DNA of 52,888 nucleotides from a virus (Duplodnaviria > Caudoviricetes): positions 1 through 52,888 of IMG/VR virus record IMGVR_UViG_3300014656_000036; one strand, written 5' to 3'. The notes under the pieces were generated by a model. The model saw only the letters and a list, made by a program, of their open reading frames with translations, made no database searches and was not told the origin of the DNA. The translations under genes were made by a program, and so were the position numbers. Positions 46,598 through 52,888 of the stretch are shown here, piece after piece; positions within the stretch are counted from its first letter, which is position 1; each line of letters begins with the position of its first letter.

Positions 46598-48047
46598 CAC
46601 CACCTCCGTCACCGTCATTATCCATATCACCAGCTAAAATATCACCAAGACCGGGACTCTCCTGCTCTGTTCTTGCTATTTCCTCAGGAATATCCACGTC
46701 TTCAGACAAAACACCGCGACGCTTAATCTCTTTAAGGTATGTCTCTTGACTTATTTGCTTTGCCTGCCGCATCGCCAACAACTGAGTAAGATCATCAATA
46801 GTATAAAGCGTCGCTGCAAAATCACTAAAGATATCCAACGCAAACATATCAGCCAAAGTTATTCTATGCCATTCAGCAGCTATTTTAATCGCATCCCTAA
46901 GACCAGTCTCGAGAGCACGAATCCACGCTTGTATCGAGGAATTATTCCGTGCCTCATCAATGTTCTTTCCTGTTGCAGTCGTCGCGGCGGTATTCTTAGC
47001 CATCGGCTGAAGGCCAAGAATCTCCATTCGATTTTCTAAGCTCTCGAGGTCTTTCTCGCCAGCACCAATCGCGGCTCCATTATGCTCTGCATATTTTAAG
47101 TCCGCATTCGGGTCACTTGACAAAATCGCCTGCGACGGCCCGATTGCATAGCCGCGTTTTACTTCTTCCTTTGTGAATCCCTTGCCGAACAAAATTCCAA
47201 AGCGAGCAAACCTGAGAATATTCCGCTGGTCACTCATACTCTGCCAGTGAGTGATATTTAGCCACGCGAGGTCTTCGAGAGGAGGGTCTGCTGTAAGATA
47301 TCCTGTTCGCTGTGCATAGATAGTGATAAGTGGAATATATCCAAGAGTCAATTTTCCAGAGCCAGCACTTATAAACGAAACTTCTCCTTTGTCGTTGACA
47401 ACCTTCTGCCAGCGTTCCCAATCTCCGGGATGAACTACCTTATAATATTCAATGGTCTTATCGCCATAAGTTCCATCCGCTTCCGTGCGGACTTCCCTTA
47501 TGACAATTTGTATCAGTGTTATATTACCAAAAATATCTGTGGTCGTTTGCCAGCTAATGAGATTCTCCGGAGAAACGTGCGTTAAAATTGCACGAGCACC
47601 GACTTTCTTCTCATCCTCAATAGAAGCTTTGTTATCCGTTTCATTTTGTGGTATATAAGAAAAGTCAGGGAACAGATGAGTCTTACCATAGTTGACCATA
47701 TCGTGAAGCAAATCTTTGCCGAGCTGAGTTAAGCTTCGGCCGGTTTTATCCACGTCTGTCTCAAGATACTTAAGAACGTCTGGCAGATTTGTTATCGTTA
47801 TCGGTTTTGTGAATGGCTTTGCAGAAAGCTTTTCAATCGTATCAGAATACGCATTATAGAGAACAGACCTTGCTAATCTACACTCATAAGCGAGCTGCTC
47901 TTCTGCTGGTTCTTGTGGAAGCCACTTCGTCGCAGCTTCTCGCATCGCAGCCGTTCCACCCAGCAAATCATCAAGCATATCCCACTTTGCAGCCATCGCT
48001 TCGTAAGCGAGCGAAGTAGAATCAACCTGAGAAGTATTCTTAGCCAT
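46566..48047 (-). CDS. portal protein (DUF4055-like)
   Basis: DLLGGTAAMREA..WLPQ, YECRLARS.LYN, PPLEDLAWLNITHWQS.SD. Confidence 0.85.
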   Translation of the reverse strand: MAKNTSQVDSTSLAYEAMAAKWDMLDDLLGGTAAMREAATKWLPQEPAEEQLAYECRLARSVLYNAYSDTIEKLSAKPFTKPITITNLPDVLKYLETDVDKTGRSLTQLGKDLLHDMVNYGKTHLFPDFSYIPQNETDNKASIEDEKKVGARAILTHVSPENLISWQTTTDIFGNITLIQIVIREVRTEADGTYGDKTIEYYKVVHPGDWERWQKVVNDKGEVSFISAGSGKLTLGYIPLITIYAQRTGYLTADPPLEDLAWLNITHWQSMSDQRNILRFARFGILFGKGFTKEEVKRGYAIGPSQAILSSDPNADLKYAEHNGAAIGAGEKDLESLENRMEILGLQPMAKNTAATTATGKNIDEARNNSSIQAWIRALETGLRDAIKIAAEWHRITLADMFALDIFSDFAATLYTIDDLTQLLAMRQAKQISQETYLKEIKRRGVLSEDVDIPEEIARTEQESPGLGDILAGDMDNDGDGGGDGSGQPPVTE

Positions 48048-48411
48048 TATTTTCTTTCTTAGCTATGAGTTTTGATTCAAGACAACGAATAGAAGCTAAT
48101 ACCTGCAAGAATTGCCTATTCATATCTTCTTTCAAATCATCAACAGATTTAGTCGCTCTTTGTTCACTATCACGAACAGAATTGCTGAGCATCTGCATTG
48201 CTTGAATACTTCCTGCGTGAATTTGCATACAAGATGCTTGCAATACTGGCTCATTACCCTCTTTAAGATGTTTCTTATCATTAGTAGAATGATTATAAAT
48301 AATTGTAAATAACACTGCGAGTATTCCGCAGATACCAATGATGGAGGATACTGTAATAATTGTCTCCGATGCAGCTAAAATCAAAGAACTCATAACGTCT
48401 CCACTAAACAA
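48040..48411 (-). CDS. single-TM coiled-coil protein (holin/lysis-associated candidate)
   Basis: N-terminal TM helix, helical C-terminus. Confidence 0.5.
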   Translation of the reverse strand: MFSGDVMSSLILAASETIITVSSIIGICGILAVLFTIIYNHSTNDKKHLKEGNEPVLQASCMQIHAGSIQAMQMLSNSVRDSEQRATKSVDDLKEDMNRQFLQVLASIRCLESKLIAKKENNG

Positions 48412-48467
48412 TGCTATTTATTATGCCATCCCACCCTACAAGATGGGACGTTTACTTTAGCAAGAAA

Positions 48468-49175
48468 TTACTCCGTCGGCCCTGTGTTTTTCATCGGGTC
48501 GAGTATCGCATCAACGGCATCTTGTGTTGAACCGAGTTGATTATCAGAAAGAACTGCCTTCGCTTCTGCCGCTTTTTCCGGCGTCACAATTTTATTTGCC
48601 GGGTCAATCAACGCATTCACGGAAGTGACAACGTCAGTCAGTGCTGTCTTAGAATCATTAAGCTTCACTGCCGTCTGTCGTTGCTTTAACCACGTCAAAA
48701 CGAATCCTGCGAATGGAACGCCGAACGCAACTAAAATATACGCATACGCATTGTATGGAGGAGGCAAGCTCATCGCAGCGACGGATATCGCTTGACCATA
48801 AGTTTGTATCTCCGTTCCAACGGTCGCGTTATTCATATCCGCCGAATTAAGAATAGCCAAGGACTGAGCAAGGATAACATCGACCTTTGACTTTTGCTGC
48901 AAGAAGTTATCCAGCTTCGCCGTCGCGAGGTTTAAGTTCGTCAATATCTGCGGCTTCATCTCTGGAGGAATGTTTGGGTCTTGCAGCATCATTTCGCAGG
49001 TTTGCACCACAGCTTTGAGTTCCACCACCGAAGCGTCCAGCTTCTGGCTGAGAACCGTCGCCTGTGATACTGTCTGCTGAACCATTGCCATTCGTTGAGC
49101 TGGAGTGCTGTTCTCACAGCCGCCTATCACAAAGAGCAAGCAGACAACAGGAATAAGTAAATACTTTCGTTTCAT
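48468..49175 (-). CDS. lipoprotein with coiled coil and second TM segment (spanin-like architecture)
   Basis: Lipobox VIGG|C at aa 20; TM YAYILVAFGVPFAGFVLTWL. Confidence 0.65.
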   Translation of the reverse strand: MKRKYLLIPVVCLLFVIGGCENSTPAQRMAMVQQTVSQATVLSQKLDASVVELKAVVQTCEMMLQDPNIPPEMKPQILTNLNLATAKLDNFLQQKSKVDVILAQSLAILNSADMNNATVGTEIQTYGQAISVAAMSLPPPYNAYAYILVAFGVPFAGFVLTWLKQRQTAVKLNDSKTALTDVVTSVNALIDPANKIVTPEKAAEAKAVLSDNQLGSTQDAVDAILDPMKNTGPTE

Positions 49176-49204
49176 TTTGTTCTCCTTTCTATCAGTAGTA
49201 AAGT

Positions 49205-49675
49205 TTAATTACCGCAATTCATTTCAATGTAAGGCAAATTCGCATCGTTGACGTCATATACTTTGAAGACGATGACGCCGCGATTAAAATCTGTCTTAAC
49301 TGTTGACCCTGAATAATGCACCCAGAAATGCGAATACCACAAACCAGCTTTGTTAAATATGCCAGTTAGTTTCGGTGACGTGCCCGATTGACAAACAATT
49401 CCATCAGGCAAATCGTTTACCTCAATAACAAGTGTTCGGCCTGCAATTGAATTGCCGATGTTAAGAGGAAGCGATAATGAATCACCTTTCATCACTTCTC
49501 TCCACCCGCTGAACTGAGGGTCATATATTTTATTCACGTCAATCGCGAACGGAACAGCGTTCACATCGCAGTTCCGTGAACCGACAGCCTCGGCGACAAC
49601 GACGAAGATTGTGCCGAATGCTATACCAACAAATAACATAGCAAACACAATCGCTGCTGATAATTGTTTTCTCAT
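49205..49675 (-). CDS. exported Ig-like domain protein
   Basis: Signal/TM N-terminus; DLPDGI...LTGIFNKAGLW Ig-like pattern; GAAGGAG RBS. Confidence 0.6.
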   Translation of the reverse strand: MRKQLSAAIVFAMLFVGIAFGTIFVVVAEAVGSRNCDVNAVPFAIDVNKIYDPQFSGWREVMKGDSLSLPLNIGNSIAGRTLVIEVNDLPDGIVCQSGTSPKLTGIFNKAGLWYSHFWVHYSGSTVKTDFNRGVIVFKVYDVNDANLPYIEMNCGN

Positions 49676-49711
49676 TGTGCTTTCTCCTTCTATCATTAGA
49701 AAATAAGTAAG

Positions 49712-49990
49712 TTAAAGAGACAAACCCGTCTCCACTATAATTTCATTGTCACTAAGGCCATAAAACTTCTTTAACACTTGTGCATTAAATACGTTCACAG
49801 TTTGCTGGTCTGTTGCATTAAACTTCTTACCGTTCTCATCCTTATTATATTCTACAATCGTCCTAAATCCATTAGCAAGGTTAAGTCGTATCGTCTTCAG
49901 TAATTCATAATCACATTCTGGCACTTCCCTTGTAAGCAAAGCTTCATCCACTGGAGCAACAACCAACGGCGTCTTAGACATCTTTTTCAT
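49712..49990 (-). CDS. hypothetical protein
   Basis: Coupled ORF. Confidence 0.6.
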   Translation of the reverse strand: MKKMSKTPLVVAPVDEALLTREVPECDYELLKTIRLNLANGFRTIVEYNKDENGKKFNATDQQTVNVFNAQVLKKFYGLSDNEIIVETGLSL

Positions 49991-50273
49991 TTTGTTCTAC
50001 AGGCATTTGGATTACAACTGACGGAGCCTCCTGCACAATACAAGAAGTCACCTCTGTCGGGTCAATAAATACAACCATCCAAACGATAAGCGGAGTAACC
50101 GCTTTCCCATCATCTATCTTATAGAAATGGGAACTCCGTTTCTTTTCATACAAAATCTGTTCCGCGTGCTTTTCAGCTATCGCTTTTGCGTTATCACCAA
50201 AGAAGCGAATTACAATAGGTTCGCTGCCTCGCTGAAAAATTTTCAAATCACAACCATCTGTTAATTCAGACAT
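49974..50273 (-). CDS. hypothetical protein
   Basis: AGGA RBS, 99 aa. Confidence 0.6.
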   Translation of the reverse strand: MSELTDGCDLKIFQRGSEPIVIRFFGDNAKAIAEKHAEQILYEKKRSSHFYKIDDGKAVTPLIVWMVVFIDPTEVTSCIVQEAPSVVIQMPVEQNEKDV

Positions 50274-50292
50274 TCTATATTCCTAAAATAGA

Positions 50293-50332
50293 AAGGAGCA
50301 GGTCAGGAGGAGAGAGAGCATACCTGCTCCTT
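50293..50332 (-). terminator. intrinsic terminator with CU-rich loop
   Basis: AAGGAGCAGGT/ACCTGCTCCTT stem then TCTATTTT on minus. Confidence 0.65.
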
Positions 50333-50354
50333 CCACGCATCATCGCCCGACGGT

Positions 50355-50411
50355 TTATTTCCGTCCACCTTTCTTCTTTCCTTTTTTCTTTCCTTTTCCG
50401 CCACAAGGCAT
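50355..50411 (-). CDS. 18-aa Lys/Gly micropeptide (not in ORF track)
   Basis: GAAGGTG RBS; MPCGGKGKKKGKKKGGRK. Confidence 0.55.
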   Translation of the reverse strand: MPCGGKGKKKGKKKGGRK

Positions 50412-50425
50412 AAAGCACCTTCTTT

Positions 50426-51793
50426 CTACGCAGCTTGTTTAGTCATAACATCCCCACCAAGAGGATGAGCTTCATTTATATAGTAGCCGAACGCATCAGA
50501 GATATGCGTCAACATAGAACCGTCAACCTTCTCAGGGTCACCGTTCTCATCATTCGCTACTCCTTCGAAGTCGCGAATATGAGCGGAGCAAAGTTTATTG
50601 TCGAAAATAGATTTCACAGAACCGTCCGCAGAATGAAAACGAGAATTAACTGAATTAACTCTTGTTCTAATATGCGGATTTCGTTTGCTATACATTGCCC
50701 ACAAATTATTTCCAAACACAGGACGCAGCTTCGCTTCAACGATATCCCAATCGCTGCCTTTTACTCCTTGTGACGTATGAGCACCGCCGCTCGCATCACC
50801 ATATAATAACACTTCGCCGTGATGACGCTGACCCCAATCCGCAATAATTTTATCGCACACTATTTCTGTGTTGCTGTTGTTCTCAATATAAACTTCACCA
50901 ATCGCAGCAGTGACTTTACTAAAACTGCGACCGCCGTTTATTCTGTCAAGCCACTTCGGAGACTCTTGCTCCTGAACATAACCCGCAACTCCCGGCTTAT
51001 GATTAAAGTCGAACGTAAGTATAAGAGGCAAATATGGATTATACACGACACGTTCATTTGCAGGAGCTACATTATACTCTCTATTGAAAGCATAATAGCA
51101 CCGTCCTTCAAACGAAACAAACGCTCCTTCATATTCTTGCCTCCAAGTAAGGATATCCATATCAGCCATTGCTGCGAGAGCTTCTTCAGGGTTGATATCC
51201 TTTGTCGGCCAAGTGAATCGTGCCCAAATCTTTTCAAGCTCTGGCTTCTCTACGTCACAGAAGAGCTTATAATAATGGTTTCGTCCTTCAGGCACTCCAA
51301 TAAACCAAGCCCATCCGGGCGGACGTCCCAGCGTTGATAAAGCGGGACGAATATGTTGAGTCCATACTTCAGGAATCATATTACCATATTCATCAAGAAC
51401 AATGCCATCCAACGGAGGGCCTTCCGCACGTTCTGGAGCATCCATCCCCATAACTTGAATCTTAGCACCATTCCATAAATAAGCAGTGCGAGCAGACTCA
51501 CTAATAGCTTTGTAGCGAGGCCCAGATAACGCCCAATCAGGAACAAGTGCCTTCACATCATCCCAAAAGATTTCCTTTGCTTGTGAATGCGTAGGAGCTG
51601 CAAGAATGAATCTGCCGTTAGGAGCAGCGTGGAAGGTTATCGCACGCAGAATCAGCTTCCTCTTCGCAAGCTCCGTCTTACCAGAACGGCGACCCGCTGG
51701 AACTACGATAAAACGTCTATCGCTATTCCAAAGGAGATGCTGTTGCTGATGATACTTGAGCTGAGTCCATCTGTCTGTCAGTATCACTCCCAT
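50426..51793 (-). CDS. terL: terminase large subunit
   Basis: AGRRSGKTE, APTHSQA, VLDEY, GVPEGRNHYY, RQEYEGAF, TFDFN, YGDASG, HISDAFGY. Confidence 0.95.
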   Translation of the reverse strand: MGVILTDRWTQLKYHQQQHLLWNSDRRFIVVPAGRRSGKTELAKRKLILRAITFHAAPNGRFILAAPTHSQAKEIFWDDVKALVPDWALSGPRYKAISESARTAYLWNGAKIQVMGMDAPERAEGPPLDGIVLDEYGNMIPEVWTQHIRPALSTLGRPPGWAWFIGVPEGRNHYYKLFCDVEKPELEKIWARFTWPTKDINPEEALAAMADMDILTWRQEYEGAFVSFEGRCYYAFNREYNVAPANERVVYNPYLPLILTFDFNHKPGVAGYVQEQESPKWLDRINGGRSFSKVTAAIGEVYIENNSNTEIVCDKIIADWGQRHHGEVLLYGDASGGAHTSQGVKGSDWDIVEAKLRPVFGNNLWAMYSKRNPHIRTRVNSVNSRFHSADGSVKSIFDNKLCSAHIRDFEGVANDENGDPEKVDGSMLTHISDAFGYYINEAHPLGGDVMTKQAA

Positions 51794-52256
51794 CGCTCAT
51801 TTGTCCTAATGCTTCTTTTAATGCTGCTCTTGCTTTCTGTGCCTTGTCTTCAGGAGTCTCACCTTCCATACCATAACGTTCTAAACCAAGCAATAAGTCA
51901 AGTCGCTCTTGTGACCGAATTTTATCCATCGGCTTTGTTTCTTCACTGCGAATCATAGTTTCATAAAACGTAAGAGCATCACACCTGACTTCAGATGCAG
52001 GACGCTTTAATAATTTCTCTCTGCGTCTATTCGCCGCTGCCAATAACTTTCCAAGCAGCACCCATTCTATTTTAATAGGTTTATCTGGAGTAGATAATTC
52101 TTCCTCTAACTTAATTCTTATTTCGTGCTTAAAGTATCTCAGCGACTGAAGCTCAAGAACTCTGTCGACAAGGGGATTTGTTTCATCTTTATCTATATCT
52201 CCTCCGGATAAATCATTTGATTGTAGAACATCAAGTTCTTCACCTTCGTTATCCAT
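51723..52256 (-). CDS. putative terminase small subunit
   Basis: Helical 177-aa ORF directly upstream of terL. Confidence 0.55.
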   Translation of the reverse strand: MDNEGEELDVLQSNDLSGGDIDKDETNPLVDRVLELQSLRYFKHEIRIKLEEELSTPDKPIKIEWVLLGKLLAAANRRREKLLKRPASEVRCDALTFYETMIRSEETKPMDKIRSQERLDLLLGLERYGMEGETPEDKAQKARAALKEALGQMSDGSDTDRQMDSAQVSSATASPLE

Positions 52257-52393
52257 AGGAACAAATCCACAAATTCGCTTTTCGCGTAGTGGCGTTTTTG
52301 CACGAACTTTGCTACTCAGTTTAACGGCTATACAATAGGTATAACTTTAGTCAAACGCAAGCTTCTTCCACCACTCCAATAGGTTACCAGATT

Positions 52394-52888
52394 TCATAAA
52401 CAGTCCTTTGTTATAAATCCATTCTCACGAAACACTCCTAAAATAGATTCCGCGGTTATTAAATCTACCGTCTTAACTTGTCCACTCTCTATCTTACATT
52501 GATAACTATGGCTCCATCCCATTCGTCTTGCAAACTCCCATTCACTAATGTTTGCCTCTTCTCGTGCTGCCTGCAATCCAAACGCATCTATATCAAACCT
52601 ATAAGTTATATTGCTAAAGAGAGACCGACTTATTTCCATACGCTTTACTTTCTTGTCGGGAATATTTCTCTGAAAGCAAGACCTGCAAATCGCTAATTTC
52701 TTGTCTATCTTTATAACCCACGACCGTGAACTTATTCGCAGCTTCTCACAAAGAGGACATATTCTATTCGGCACGAGCAAATTCAATAAGTCAACACGGT
52801 CTGCAAAACGCATCTCGTGTTTATGTAGTGCAACATCTTCTGGGTTTTCCCAGTCACACTTCTTTCCCAATTCCCTCTCATACTGTGC
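52394..52888 (-). CDS. Zn-ribbon plus XRE-type HTH protein (full length 182 aa across the junction)
   Basis: CPLC...CRSC; LQAAREEANISEWEFARRMGWSHSYQCKIESG. Confidence 0.8.
   Translation of the reverse strand, partial: AQYERELGKKCDWENPEDVALHKHEMRFADRVDLLNLLVPNRICPLCEKLRISSRSWVIKIDKKLAICRSCFQRNIPDKKVKRMEISRSLFSNITYRFDIDAFGLQAAREEANISEWEFARRMGWSHSYQCKIESGQVKTVDLITAESILGVFRENGFITKDCL
52766..52888. repeat. second copy of the 123-bp terminal repeat
   Basis: Identical to 1..123. Confidence 0.95.

Noticed and set aside
48421-48450. CGUCCCAUC complementary to the scaffold-leader loops
   Set aside because: Only 9 nt, and it is sequestered in its own local hairpin; chance cannot be excluded.
928-52696. 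Plus-strand ORFs of 60 aa or more in the track
   Set aside because: They are antisense shadows of well-supported minus-strand genes, without RBS or motifs. The credible plus-strand genes are the four short ones at 25648-26289.
52766-52888. Biological direct terminal repeat
   Set aside because: It lies mid-gene and is most simply an assembler overlap of a circular or permuted genome; real termini cannot be read from this sequence.
52394-52888. Lysogeny module
   Set aside because: A single HTH gene, with no integrase, ParA or divergent repressor pair recognised.

Overview
An apparently complete, circularly assembled tailed-phage (siphovirus-like) genome. Bases 1-123 are repeated at 52766-52888, giving a unit length of 52,765 bp. 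Nearly all genes are on the minus strand. The left arm carries DNA metabolism: VRR-NUC nuclease, 5'-3' exonuclease, class II RNR, ATP ligase, family A polymerase, a DnaG-type primase fused to an MCM-type helicase, and a SNF2 helicase. It also carries a compact DNA hypermodification cluster: a thymidylate-synthase-fold hydroxymethylase with the cytosine-type Asp, an aGPT-Pplase1/5hmdU-DNA-kinase helical-family protein interrupted in frame by an HNH endonuclease, a TAGT/base-J-type GT-A glycosyltransferase and a T4 BGT-like GT-B glycosyltransferase. dCMP deaminase, dNMP kinase, MazG-like pyrophosphatase and an N-deoxyribosyltransferase-like enzyme lie nearby. The right arm carries terminase, portal, P22-coat-like capsid, connectors, tail tube, frameshifting chaperones, tape measure and tail tip. 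A small plus-strand island of four micro-ORFs, missed by the ORF track, separates the arms. Exported proteins resemble Planctomycetota (Phycisphaerae/Sedimentisphaerales) proteins and are strongly enriched in D/E-x-N. No integrase, tRNA, CRISPR array or reverse transcriptase was seen. All family calls are motif recognition by eye, not database results.
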